Made by a program: the position numbers and the translations under genes | Assembly (NCBI GenBank): GCA_903910445.1 | Contig: CAIVZR010000097.1 | Span: 348 to 64,347, forward strand | DNA length: 64,000 nt | Reading direction: 5' to 3' | Source: an uncultured Bacteroidota bacterium | GTDB taxonomy: Bacteria > Bacteroidota > Bacteroidia > UKL13-3 | Notes under the pieces: model-generated | The model's input: only the letters and a program-made list of their open reading frames with translations | The model's database searches: none | What the model was told of the DNA's origin: nothing | Shown here: positions 27,605-37,881 of the stretch, in pieces | Layout of the letters: each line of letters starts with the position of its first letter | Numbering within the stretch: the stretch's first letter is position 1

Positions 27605-30307
27605 TTATCTAACTACCACTATTTTTTTAGTTTCTTTTATTCCATCATGATTTACAATCACGATATAATTTCCATTGGTTAAATTATTTACATAGAAGCT
27701 GTAATTGTTTTTACCACTTGTAGTGTTAATCTCTTCATTGATAACCAATTGACCTTGTAAATTATAAACGCTGATTGTTGCTTTATCGCTACGTTTACTG
27801 ATAAATGATAAGGTGGTGGTTGTTTTTGCTGGATTAGGATAAACATTCAATGTACCTTCAAATTTATCAGCTGCATTCATACCGGTACGAGCATAGGTTG
27901 TACTAACAAACATACCTCTACCGTGTGTGCCTATATAAAAGCGTGATCCAGGCCAGTTATTGTATTTGTATTGACGTAATTGGAATACTGGAACATTGGC
28001 CATACCTGAGTTTTCGAGAGTATATGCAGGGGTGGCTGAATTTAAATTTTTGCTCACGTACATACCATGCTCCGAAGCAACTACTAAAGTATTAGGATCA
28101 TCCCAAAGAACTTCGGCATCGTATAATGGAATCGTTGGTAAGTTGCCTTGAATTGAAGCGAAAGTAGGAGTAGCTGAATTTAAATTCGTACTATAATATA
28201 AGTAGTTACTATTTCCATAGTTACCTAAGGTAATCACTGCTCTATTAGAGTTAGTTTTACTGAATGAAACACCAGTTACGAATCGGCCAGGCGCGCTAAA
28301 TACTACTGAAACATTTACATTGCTCAAGGTAGCATTTGCCGAATCAAAAATACCTTTAGTAAGTACACTATCAACACGATAAACAACACCTGAATTGGTT
28401 CCAATTAATAAGCTATTTCCATCATTTGAAATATCTACGCAACTTCCGCTACCAGAAATTTGAGCAACACGATACCAGTTTGGCACTTTTGTAAGGTCGG
28501 CATAAATATTTTTCGCAATCCATGCAGTGCCTCTTGCCGCAACTAAGAACAATGAGTTAGAATCGGCCTTGGTTGATTCCCATAAGGTGAATGGGGTATT
28601 AAACTGACCTGAATCTTTGCAATAAGCAGACATACGATCGTTGTAAAATGTTTGATCGTATTTTTGCGTGAAGTCGTTATCGCGTGAAGTGAATTTTAGG
28701 TAAGATGATAATTCAGAATCGTAAGTTGAGAAGATGCCATATCCAGGTAGTTTTTGAGATAATTCTGCATGGAATCCGTCGCCACCTTTGGTTTTAACAC
28801 CACTCATTATGGTGTTTCCTAGGCCATCAACAACCCAGGTACCATTGTCTTGAGTACCACCAGCGGCTACCCAACCGTTACGAATATCATCGCGAACATA
28901 AGCAGCACACATCGCATAAAATTGAGTTACGCAGTAGCCATGATTAGAAGAAGCAAAATTCAATCCTTTATCATACGATTTGAAAACACCACCGTCATTA
29001 CCAATATACATGATTGCTGGATTTGCTTTTAAATCCCAAACGATGGCGTGATTATCCGCGTGTACATATTTATTAGAAGTAATGGAGTTGCTCCATACCG
29101 AAATAGGTTTGATACCACCTGTTGGTGTCCAATCCCATAAATCAATACCTCCAAAATAAGCGTGCTCAGGGTTGGAAGGGTCAACTGAAGTAACATTGTT
29201 CCACCATCCTTGGCCTTGAAGGTCGCTACCCAATACATCTACATAAGGAGTTGAGCCAGTCACGATGCGGGTCCAGTGTTGTCCTTTATCCTTGGATTGA
29301 ACGATTGAAAGTAAACGGCTATCAGTATTTCTTGAAGCCATCGCATAAATATAATTGTTGTCGCTAGGTGCAATCGCAATGCTTATACGGGCAGGTGTTC
29401 CACCCCATTCGCCTAAAGATCCTGTAGCAGGAGATAAACGGTTAAAGGTAGCACCACCATCAGTTGATACCACAACAGCGATTCCAATCACAGCAGCGAT
29501 GGTTTGACCATCAGGACTCATATCGATATCTACACAGTTACCAGTAGTAGCAGGAACTGTATTAGCTCTAGCCCAGGTAGTTCCACCATCAGTAGTTACA
29601 TAGAGTCCACTCGAGTTACAAGCATAAATTTTACCAGCAATATTTGGATCGGCTTTCATATCATTGGTATTTGCCCAGAATGATTTGCCTGATAAACTAG
29701 CATCAGTAGCCGGTAATAAATTAAAAGTAACACCACCATCGGTTGATTTCAATACCCCAGTTCCATCAAAACCAGAACTACCCGCGGTATTTCCACCACC
29801 ATTTCCAAATGATTCACCGGTACCAGCATAGATACTTCCATCGGCTCCCTGAGTTAAGGATCCAATATTTAAGCTTGACATGTTATCGTTTACACGAGTC
29901 CAAGAAGCACCAGCGGTTGTTGATTTCCAGATACCTCCAGAAACAGATCCAGCATAAATGATATTGCTGTTATTGCGATCGATAAGGATACTGCGGGTAC
30001 GACCTCCAACATTATTGGGGCCTACTTCAATCCAATCCATACCAGCATTGGTTTTTTTCAATGCAGCTTGGGCTTCAATTTCTTTATTGATACGAGCAAC
30101 TTCTGCTGCATCAACAGTCCCAGTAATTTGATTATTGAGAATTTGGTTTCTCCAGGTTACATAACCATCGGCGCTTTCACGTTCCATTTTCTCTTCCTGC
30201 GCTTCACCGAAACGCTCATCTTCTCTTTCAACGGCAGCAAAGGAAAGTGCTGTTAAAACCAATGCACTGATGGCCAAACTGAATATCGTATATTTTTTCA
30301 TCTTCAT
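27605..30307 (-). CDS. BNR/Asp-box repeat beta-propeller protein (Ycf48/xyloglucanase-like), T9SS cargo
   Basis: Signal peptide, a Glu-rich N-terminal segment, then repeated SxDxGxTW boxes (SVSGGIWKSTTAGASW, STDGGVTF, TTDGGTTW, STDGGATF, SKDKGQHW). The T9SS CTD is LNVYPNPAKTTTTLSF...GNYIVIV. It is 900 aa. Confidence 0.7.
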   Translation of the reverse strand: MKMKKYTIFSLAISALVLTALSFAAVEREDERFGEAQEEKMERESADGYVTWRNQILNNQITGTVDAAEVARINKEIEAQAALKKTNAGMDWIEVGPNNVGGRTRSILIDRNNSNIIYAGSVSGGIWKSTTAGASWTRVNDNMSSLNIGSLTQGADGSIYAGTGESFGNGGGNTAGSSGFDGTGVLKSTDGGVTFNLLPATDASLSGKSFWANTNDMKADPNIAGKIYACNSSGLYVTTDGGTTWARANTVPATTGNCVDIDMSPDGQTIAAVIGIAVVVSTDGGATFNRLSPATGSLGEWGGTPARISIAIAPSDNNYIYAMASRNTDSRLLSIVQSKDKGQHWTRIVTGSTPYVDVLGSDLQGQGWWNNVTSVDPSNPEHAYFGGIDLWDWTPTGGIKPISVWSNSITSNKYVHADNHAIVWDLKANPAIMYIGNDGGVFKSYDKGLNFASSNHGYCVTQFYAMCAAYVRDDIRNGWVAAGGTQDNGTWVVDGLGNTIMSGVKTKGGDGFHAELSQKLPGYGIFSTYDSELSSYLKFTSRDNDFTQKYDQTFYNDRMSAYCKDSGQFNTPFTLWESTKADSNSLFLVAARGTAWIAKNIYADLTKVPNWYRVAQISGSGSCVDISNDGNSLLIGTNSGVVYRVDSVLTKGIFDSANATLSNVNVSVVFSAPGRFVTGVSFSKTNSNRAVITLGNYGNSNYLYYSTNLNSATPTFASIQGNLPTIPLYDAEVLWDDPNTLVVASEHGMYVSKNLNSATPAYTLENSGMANVPVFQLRQYKYNNWPGSRFYIGTHGRGMFVSTTYARTGMNAADKFEGTLNVYPNPAKTTTTLSFISKRSDKATISVYNLQGQLVINEEINTTSGKNNYSFYVNNLTNGNYIVIVNHDGIKETKKIVVVR

Positions 30308-30397
30308 GAGGTGTAAAAGGGTATTTATACTAAATCGAAAAACGGGGTCTTTTGGTTGCTTCTATAGGATTGCAAATAAATAAAAAAAAATCAATAA

Positions 30398-31261
30398 TTA
30401 GAGATGTCTTTCCGCATGATATGAAGAACGAACCAAGGGTCCTGACTCCACAAAATTGAACCCTCGTTTCATTCCCTCTTCCTGAAACAGGGCGAAGGTG
30501 TCGGGGTGTACAAATTCTTTCACGTTTAAGTGCATTTTGGTAGGTTGTAAATATTGTCCTAAGGTAAGTACATCACAGCCATGGGCTGCCAAGTCGTCCA
30601 TTATTTCAAATACTTCGTCATTCGTTTCGCCCAAGCCAAGCATAATACCACTTTTGGTTCTATGCCCATCTTCCTTGGTACGTTTTATTTGCTCTAGGCT
30701 TCGTTCATATTTGGCTTGAGGCCTTACCAGCTTATAAAGTCTTTTTACCGTTTCCATATTATGTGAAATTACTTCAGGCTTCTCACGCACCACTTGGTAT
30801 AACAAATCCCATTGTGCTTTGAAGTCGGGAATGAGTGTTTCCATGGTGGTTCCTGGATTGAGTAATTTCACCTCACGGATGGTTTCGGCCCATACGGTGG
30901 CACCTTTATCTTTTAACTCATCTCGGTTTACGGAAGTAAGCACAGCATGTTTTACCTTCATTAATCGAATGGCTTCGGCTACACGGCGAGGTTCATCACG
31001 ATCGTATTCGGTAGGGCGACCCGTAGCAACAGCGCAAAAGGAGCAGCCACGAGTACAAATATTTCCTAAAATCATGAAGGTGGCTGTACCTGCGCCCCAG
31101 CATTCGCCCATATTTGGGCAATTGCCACTTTCGCAAATGGTGTGAAGCTTGTGGTTGTCGACTATTTTCCTAACGTTGGCGTAGCTTTCGCCTACTGGAA
31201 GTTTTACTTTTAACCAAGATGGTTTTTTGGTTCTCGTTACTAAATCTACTTGCTCTGTCAT
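30398..31261 (-). CDS. lipA: Lipoyl synthase
   Basis: [13 protein letters not shown] and [10 protein letters not shown] radical-SAM/[4Fe-4S] cysteine clusters. 287 aa. Confidence 0.95.
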   Translation of the reverse strand: MTEQVDLVTRTKKPSWLKVKLPVGESYANVRKIVDNHKLHTICESGNCPNMGECWGAGTATFMILGNICTRGCSFCAVATGRPTEYDRDEPRRVAEAIRLMKVKHAVLTSVNRDELKDKGATVWAETIREVKLLNPGTTMETLIPDFKAQWDLLYQVVREKPEVISHNMETVKRLYKLVRPQAKYERSLEQIKRTKEDGHRTKSGIMLGLGETNDEVFEIMDDLAAHGCDVLTLGQYLQPTKMHLNVKEFVHPDTFALFQEEGMKRGFNFVESGPLVRSSYHAERHL

Positions 31262-31289
31262 TACAATATCTGCTGAATTCTAAAAAAAT

Positions 31290-32024
31290 CTACCAAAATC
31301 TACCCAAATTAAAATTCAAATAAAAGGAAGGGTAGATGAAATTATTTTTGGTGTTGGCCATGATGGGTAGTTCTTTGGTATATACTTCCATGAGTGCACC
31401 AATTTCTACGGCGTGGTATTCGTTATAATATTTGCCCCAGTTAAAGAGCATGCTTATTTTTCCAAAAGCTCCCGGAACTACTTGAAGCTGATTTATTCCA
31501 ACAAAAAAGGAAGCGCCTCCCATAATATTATCCAAGTTGATATTGGCTTCTCCATTGTACTTAATCAATTTCTCTGAACTGTATAAAGCGCCAGGGTTTT
31601 CGAGTACAAAAAGATATACGGGTTTCATCAAGGCAAAGCGGGGGCCCAATTGATATGACCAGGATACTCCAACATCATTCTTGCTATTGCGCACACCCAA
31701 AACGTAATAACGGCCAATACCAATACTTAGAGGTAGGGCAATGTTTTTACGGCCGAATACAAAACCATTGTAGTGGCCATTTCCAAGGTATCTAAATTCT
31801 TTTGAATGTTTTAATCTGCCCAAATCAAAAGAGTAAAAAGTAAAACGAGTTGGCACGGATGCATGTGCCCATTTAAAATTGATTCCATATCCATTGGTTT
31901 GGATTGATGGAGAAAAACTAAAGAAACGGGTTGAATTGACATTTGAGCCAGCAGTTTGCGCGCTCATTCCTATGCCACAAAAAAGCATAATCAGTAATAC
32001 AAATATGGAACGAGGGGCAATCAT
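31290..32024 (-). CDS. Outer-membrane beta-barrel protein of unknown function
   Basis: Signal peptide, amphipathic strand periodicity and a C-terminal aromatic residue (..NLGRFW). 244 aa. Confidence 0.5.
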   Translation of the reverse strand: MIAPRSIFVLLIMLFCGIGMSAQTAGSNVNSTRFFSFSPSIQTNGYGINFKWAHASVPTRFTFYSFDLGRLKHSKEFRYLGNGHYNGFVFGRKNIALPLSIGIGRYYVLGVRNSKNDVGVSWSYQLGPRFALMKPVYLFVLENPGALYSSEKLIKYNGEANINLDNIMGGASFFVGINQLQVVPGAFGKISMLFNWGKYYNEYHAVEIGALMEVYTKELPIMANTKNNFIYPSFYLNFNLGRFW

Positions 32025-32205
32025 CTGTTTATAACATACAAAAGTAATACTTGTTCTTTGAATACCGCTATCGGTAAGAAAATAATTACTATTTGATTTT
32101 TTACTCTTTAGAATGCAAAGTATTCCTAAATTTGAAACTAATTATTCATTCCGCAAAAACAAACGAGTAGGGTAGAAATCCCACTCAAACTCAATAAAAT
32201 AAGCC

Positions 32206-32733
32206 ATGGTAGCCTTTGATCCATATATTATAGTCGAAAATTCTCCAGGCAAATTGCATTTGAAATTATCATTTAAAGATCGTTTTCTTAGCATAATCGC
32301 TTCTCGTATTGTCCCATTTTTAATCATCATCATCTTATTAGTAACCTTGCAAAAGGAGGAGGCTTCTGGCTCTATAATCGTGCTTGCAGGGTTAGTTTCA
32401 TTGGCAATCAGTACGATATTAATATTGAATGCAAAAACAGGAATTGAGCTTGTTTTTGAACAGGAAGCCTTGGAAATTGTTTCTTTGCGCATGCTTGGAA
32501 AGCGTCGCAATCGAATTGCTTATTCAGAAGTGCGTTATATTCATTTAGAAATATTTCAAGACCCAGAAGTATCGGGCGCTTACTATTACCTAGTTATGAA
32601 AGATGGGCATCGTAAAATCTTACTCAAAGTTCCCGAGACCGGAGATAAAAATTTATTAATTCCAATTAATAATACGCTCAGCGAATTAACCAAATTGGAT
32701 GTAAAAGAGGAAGCACTTCCTCAATTGAAATAG
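32206..32733 (+). CDS. Hypothetical membrane protein (two TM helices plus a cytosolic domain)
   Basis: 175 aa, no recognisable motif. Confidence 0.4.
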   Translation: MVAFDPYIIVENSPGKLHLKLSFKDRFLSIIASRIVPFLIIIILLVTLQKEEASGSIIVLAGLVSLAISTILILNAKTGIELVFEQEALEIVSLRMLGKRRNRIAYSEVRYIHLEIFQDPEVSGAYYYLVMKDGHRKILLKVPETGDKNLLIPINNTLSELTKLDVKEEALPQLK

Positions 32734-32755
32734 CGTAATTTATAGGCCGTTTTAT

Positions 32756-35700
32756 TTAATCCTTCTTCAATAATATAACCGGAATATTTGACTCTCTTGC
32801 GAGGTCGTTAAAGGTTTTTAAATCGATGTCGATAATGGCTTTGAGCTGATTCAAATAATTATCCGAGCGTGTACTTAATTCTGCAAAAACATCCTGGGCT
32901 TGCTTGCTAGGGGCTGTAACCCCCGAGGCAGCAGCGTCATACACAAAAGACAATTTGTCATTGAGCTTAATTGGATAATTCAATACATCTTGAAAAGCCT
33001 TCGATTTGGTTTGGTAGAATTCGTTTTCGAGAGCCGTTATCTTTTTAATGATAAAGGCTGCGGTATCCTTCAATGCTTTGGGGCAATCGGTGCCTAATTT
33101 ATCGGTAACCGAATTAAGCTGTGCGCGAATTTCTCTAATGCGAATAACCGCATGCTGCACTTCATTAAATTTATCACGTACCTGCAATAAAAAATTGGTT
33201 TGTGCTTCAATATCGGCTATGCTGGTATTGTAATTCGGATCGGGTTTCACCAACACATTGGTAGTATTACTATCCTTACCTACATATAAAGTTGCCGTGT
33301 AATTTCCAGGTGCCAGCTTAGGCCCTCCAGGGGTGCCATTCCATAATATCATGCCATCGATGGCTTCTCCTCCATCATAATACATATCCCAAACTAAAGT
33401 GTTTAATCCACTATCGGCATCTAATTGCACTTCCTTTTTTTCTGGTTTAGAAGCAAATGTTTTAATTGTTTCACCTTTCGAATTCATGAATTTTATTTTC
33501 ACCGATTTTGCATCAACACCCGATTTTATATAGTAATTTAATGCAATTCCATTGGGCGGATTTTCACCTGTATTGGCTTGCTGTCCTTGGTATCCATTCA
33601 TACGGTAGGTTACTTGAGGTGCATATAAAAAGGAAGCCTGTTGGTTGATTTTTTTACTAACTGTTTGTTGAATTACATTGAGGTTATCGAGAATCCAGAA
33701 GCTACGACCTTGGGTTGCAACAATTAAATTATTTTCTTTGATACAAAGGTCGGTGATAGGTACGATGGGTAAATTATTTTGAAATTTATTCCAATGTAAT
33801 CCAGCATCCGAAGATAGGTACATGCCATGCTCTGTGCCGCAATACCAAAGGCCTTTCTTTACTTCATCACACCGAACCACGCGCACAAAATCAGTTTTAG
33901 AAATTCCTACATTTAATAATTTCCAAGTAGCACCATAATCGTTGGTATAATAAATATAAGGAGTATAGTCGTCGCTTTTATAACGAGTGCCAGCTAGAAT
34001 ACAACTTCCTGGAACAAAGGGATCTTCTTCCATACTGTTTATTTGCATCCATTCGGGCATTCCTTTGGGTGTTACATTGGTCCATGTATCGCCTCCATTT
34101 TTACTTACATGTACGAGGCCATCATCGCTACCACACCATAATAACTGGGCTTGTTTCTTGCTTTCAAATGCGTAAAAGATGGTACAGTAATATTCCACAC
34201 CCGTATTGTCTTTGGTGATGATGCCCCCACTGGCTTTTTGACGACTCTTATCGTTTCGCGTTAAATCGGGGCTGATGGCCTCCCAGCTTTGCCCTTCATT
34301 ATCGGTTTTGAAAAGTATATTACCGGCTGCGTAAAGTCGTTTAGGATTGTGAGGTGAATAGAAAATTGGGAAGTTCCACTGGAATCTATACTTCAATGAG
34401 TCGGCTCCCCAACCTACGCTGCTATTGGGATATACACTTACAATACGTTGTTCGCCTGTGCGATGATTTAATCGGGAAATGAAACCGAAATAGTTGCCAC
34501 CATAAACGATATCATCATTTAAAGGATCGGGAGCTAGCCATCCACTTTCGAACCCTGCGGTGCCTTCCCAATTTTCTTGGGAGATGTTTCCTCCATAGGT
34601 TCGGCTAGCAATTCGCACTGTTGAATTATCTTGTTGTGCTCCATATATTCGATAAGGGAAATGCGTATCAGTAGCCACACGATAGAATTGTGCGGTAGCT
34701 TGATTATAATATGTGCTCCAGTGATTTCCACCATCGAAACTAGTTTGAGCGCCACCATCATCTCCAACAATCATTCGTTGCGGATCATTTTCATCAATCC
34801 AAAAATCATGATGATCGCCATGTGGGGTATAAACTGTAGAGAAGCTGCGGCCTCCATCGGTGCTTTTGTAAAACTCTACATTACATATATATACCACGTT
34901 CTCGTTTTTTGGGTCGGCGGTAATCTTGCTAAAGTACCATGCGCGCTGACGGATTTTATTTTCATCACTTTGCTTTGTCCATGTTTCGCCTCCATCTTCA
35001 CTTCTAAACAATCCACCCGTTGGGCTTTCGATGATGGCATATATGCGATCACTATTATTATTACTTATTGCAATGCCTATGATACCGAGGGTATCCTTGG
35101 GCAAGCCCTGATTTCTTGAAATGTTTTTCCATGTTTCTCCACCATCAATGCTCTTCCATAGGCCACTTCCTTCGCCGCCACTTTCGAGGGTATATGGTGC
35201 CCGTTGAACACGCCATGTACTTGCATAAATAATATTGGGGTTCATAGGGTCGAGAATCAAATCAACCGCACCAGCGTATTTATTTGAGAACAATACCTTT
35301 CTCCAGGTTTTACCACCATCGGTGGTTTTGTATACCCCACGTTCATCATTCGAGCCAAATAAATGCCCAAGGCATGCTGCATATACAATATCCGAATTTT
35401 TAGGATGGATACGAATACGGGTTATATGTCGTGACTCAGGCAATCCGATATACTTCCAGGTTTTGCCACCATCTTCACTCTTCCACATTCCGTTACCTTC
35501 ACTTACATTGCCACGTAAAGAATTTTCTCCAGTGCCAACATATATCACCTTTTCATCGCTTGGCGCAATGGCAATACTACCAATACTTCCACCGAAAAAT
35601 TTGTCACTTATATTGATCCAATTATTCCCACCATCTTTTGTTTTCCATACGCCACCGCCTGTGCTTCCAAAATAAAAAAGTTGTTTGTTTTTAAGATCAC

Positions 35701-35833
35701 CACAAACCGCAGTACTTCGCCCTCCTCGGTAAGGGCCGATGCTTCTAAATTTTAAACTATTTAGAATTAAAGAATCCTGAGCTTGAATGAAGGTGCAGAC
35801 AAAAATGAAAATTGCAAATTGAATTTTACGCAT
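32756..35833 (-). CDS. Large BNR/Asp-box repeat (sortilin/Vps10-like) beta-propeller protein, secreted
   Basis: 1025 aa with a signal peptide and at least 11 SxDxGxTW-type boxes (STGGGVWKTKDGGNNW, SEDGGKTW, TTDGGKTW, SIDGGETW, SEDGGETW, STDGGRSF, SFDGGNHW, TDNEGQSW, SKNGGDTW, TNDYGATW, SSDAGLHW). No T9SS tail. Confidence 0.7.
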   Translation of the reverse strand: MRKIQFAIFIFVCTFIQAQDSLILNSLKFRSIGPYRGGRSTAVCGDLKNKQLFYFGSTGGGVWKTKDGGNNWINISDKFFGGSIGSIAIAPSDEKVIYVGTGENSLRGNVSEGNGMWKSEDGGKTWKYIGLPESRHITRIRIHPKNSDIVYAACLGHLFGSNDERGVYKTTDGGKTWRKVLFSNKYAGAVDLILDPMNPNIIYASTWRVQRAPYTLESGGEGSGLWKSIDGGETWKNISRNQGLPKDTLGIIGIAISNNNSDRIYAIIESPTGGLFRSEDGGETWTKQSDENKIRQRAWYFSKITADPKNENVVYICNVEFYKSTDGGRSFSTVYTPHGDHHDFWIDENDPQRMIVGDDGGAQTSFDGGNHWSTYYNQATAQFYRVATDTHFPYRIYGAQQDNSTVRIASRTYGGNISQENWEGTAGFESGWLAPDPLNDDIVYGGNYFGFISRLNHRTGEQRIVSVYPNSSVGWGADSLKYRFQWNFPIFYSPHNPKRLYAAGNILFKTDNEGQSWEAISPDLTRNDKSRQKASGGIITKDNTGVEYYCTIFYAFESKKQAQLLWCGSDDGLVHVSKNGGDTWTNVTPKGMPEWMQINSMEEDPFVPGSCILAGTRYKSDDYTPYIYYTNDYGATWKLLNVGISKTDFVRVVRCDEVKKGLWYCGTEHGMYLSSDAGLHWNKFQNNLPIVPITDLCIKENNLIVATQGRSFWILDNLNVIQQTVSKKINQQASFLYAPQVTYRMNGYQGQQANTGENPPNGIALNYYIKSGVDAKSVKIKFMNSKGETIKTFASKPEKKEVQLDADSGLNTLVWDMYYDGGEAIDGMILWNGTPGGPKLAPGNYTATLYVGKDSNTTNVLVKPDPNYNTSIADIEAQTNFLLQVRDKFNEVQHAVIRIREIRAQLNSVTDKLGTDCPKALKDTAAFIIKKITALENEFYQTKSKAFQDVLNYPIKLNDKLSFVYDAAASGVTAPSKQAQDVFAELSTRSDNYLNQLKAIIDIDLKTFNDLARESNIPVILLKKD

Positions 35834-35945
35834 GGGTATATATGGAATAGACCTGCAATTAAACTAAATTTATGTGTATGAAAAAGGGGAGATTTGAGAG
35901 GAATAAAATTAGCAAGAAGGAATTGATTCTTTGATTCTATTGATG

Positions 35946-36533
35946 CTACCAGAAAAGCAGAAATAGTAATATAATGATTGCAATGAATGATAATAAGATT
36001 GCAGCGTTTATAATGAGACCATATTCAATTTTACGGCGATTTTTTACTGGAAGATCATATGCTATCATTTTTTGATAAGCAATAACACTAAAAATTAATC
36101 CAACAACCGACATGATACTTAGCAGTGGAAGGAGTAATAATGAAATTAAGGATGCCAAACCTATCATATAACCTTTCTTCCCATAATCTTCAGCAATCTT
36201 TGTTTCATGCACAATATCAATTTCTATAGAATCATCGGGCAAGGTATCCGGAGGAAGTATAATGGATTGCTGGTAGGTTTTATGGTCTTGTATTCTTGAT
36301 TCATCGGCTATTTCGGATTGATTCTCTTCTCTTTCTGAATTATCTGTTGGCGCATTATTAAGGGTTTCTGTGTTGTTTTGTGGCTGAATTCGAGCTTGAG
36401 CCAATTGCCTGGAATCTTGAGGCTTGGTAGCATGCGACCGCGGAACGCGTGTATAACGGGCACTTGAGCATGCAGCAAGCAGGAAAATCAAGGCGAAGAT
36501 TGAAAGATAGCGTATTGACTGTTGCGTTTTCAT
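35946..36533 (-). CDS. Lipoprotein with a C-terminal two-TM domain, unknown function
   Basis: Lipobox LLAACSS, a Q/E/N-rich linker and a hydrophobic C-terminus. Confidence 0.45.
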   Translation of the reverse strand: MKTQQSIRYLSIFALIFLLAACSSARYTRVPRSHATKPQDSRQLAQARIQPQNNTETLNNAPTDNSEREENQSEIADESRIQDHKTYQQSIILPPDTLPDDSIEIDIVHETKIAEDYGKKGYMIGLASLISLLLLPLLSIMSVVGLIFSVIAYQKMIAYDLPVKNRRKIEYGLIINAAILLSFIAIIILLFLLFW

Positions 36534-36628
36534 GAATCAAGTTTGAAAATTTAAAAAACGAATGTAGGATAAAGTATCCTAACAAGTAAATTGATTTTTA
36601 AAATACCTTTGCATCCAAATATAGAACA

Positions 36629-37729
36629 ATGCTGCAAAATTTTTATCAATTTATAAGTGAAAATCCTTTATGGGTTTATGGAAGCGCTGGCTTACTACTT
36701 TTATTAGGCTGGCTCTTAAAACGGTTTGGCGCGAAATTGCTGAGTGCCATCGTTTATACCATCTTTAAGAGGTATTCGAAAAACTTGCATGCAAAGCAGT
36801 TTGTGGTTTTAATACGAAAGCCTGCCGAGCATTTTTTCATGTGCTTAATCATCATTGGGGTATATCAAATACTTCGTTTCTCCAACGATTTAAAATTATG
36901 GACTCGCGATTTAGGAATTGGGCCATATATTATCGATGTATTTAAGATTTATATTATTGTAACCCTTACCTGGATGGTGATGCGGGTGGCCGATTTTATT
37001 GGATATGTTTTTAAAATCAAGACCCGTAAGTTCAATAAATTGGATCCGCAAATGATTTTGTTTTTGAAGGATCTTACTAAAATTGGGATCATACTTATTA
37101 GTTTCTTTATCATTCTCAAAAAGGTTTTTCATGAAGATGCGGCTGGTGTAATAGCGGGTTTGGGAATTGGTGGATTGGCAATTGCATTGGCTGCACAAGA
37201 AACGATTGCGAACCTTATAGGTAGCATTATCATTTTTAGTGATAAGCCATTTACTGTAGGCGATTTGGTGGAGACTTCAGAAATCAAAGGGGTTATTGAA
37301 CAAGTAGGATTTAGAAGTACCCGCATTCGAACCATGGATAAAACGTTGCTTTCGGTACCCAATAAAAAGCTGGTCGATAGTGCCTTGAATAACCTTTCCA
37401 GAGCTGAGATACGAAGGATTCGATTCACACTTTGTCTTACGTATGATGCCACAGCGCAGCAAATTCAGAATGTTATTTCCGATATTAAAAAAGAGCTTCA
37501 ACAGAATGAACAGGTAGAAAAAAACTATTTAGTAACCTTTGCGGAATTGCAAAACAATTATCTGGGAATCGATGTAATTTATTTTGCCAATACCGATGAT
37601 TTCGATATTCTAGCTGAGGTAAGACAAGAAATAAACTATAAGATTATTGATATCGTGCACAACAATAATGCACGATTTGTGGCTCAGAATCCATCTCTTA
37701 TTTTTGCCGATAACTTCAAGAAGAAGTAG
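36629..37729 (+). CDS. Mechanosensitive ion channel, MscS family
   Basis: The pore-lining TM3 GGLAIALAAQETIANLIGSIIIFSDKPFTVGDLVE plus the beta-domain is diagnostic of MscS. Confidence 0.85.
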   Translation: MLQNFYQFISENPLWVYGSAGLLLLLGWLLKRFGAKLLSAIVYTIFKRYSKNLHAKQFVVLIRKPAEHFFMCLIIIGVYQILRFSNDLKLWTRDLGIGPYIIDVFKIYIIVTLTWMVMRVADFIGYVFKIKTRKFNKLDPQMILFLKDLTKIGIILISFFIILKKVFHEDAAGVIAGLGIGGLAIALAAQETIANLIGSIIIFSDKPFTVGDLVETSEIKGVIEQVGFRSTRIRTMDKTLLSVPNKKLVDSALNNLSRAEIRRIRFTLCLTYDATAQQIQNVISDIKKELQQNEQVEKNYLVTFAELQNNYLGIDVIYFANTDDFDILAEVRQEINYKIIDIVHNNNARFVAQNPSLIFADNFKKK

Positions 37730-37881
37730 ACCACTGTAATTTACAAAGTACGATTAACTAATGCGGAAAGCCCATCTGGGTTTGATAAAACGTGGTTTGA
37801 TACTCACTTGGTTTTCTATCCTCGTTTTTAATTGTCAATTCCTTACTTTTGCCACTCAAAAATCATTAAATCCAATATTCT

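Noticed and set aside
34631-35675. 162-aa and 146-aa plus-strand ORFs
   Set aside because: They are antisense to the 1025-aa BNR-repeat gene. The repetitive Pro/Leu-rich translation mirrors the Asp-box repeats.
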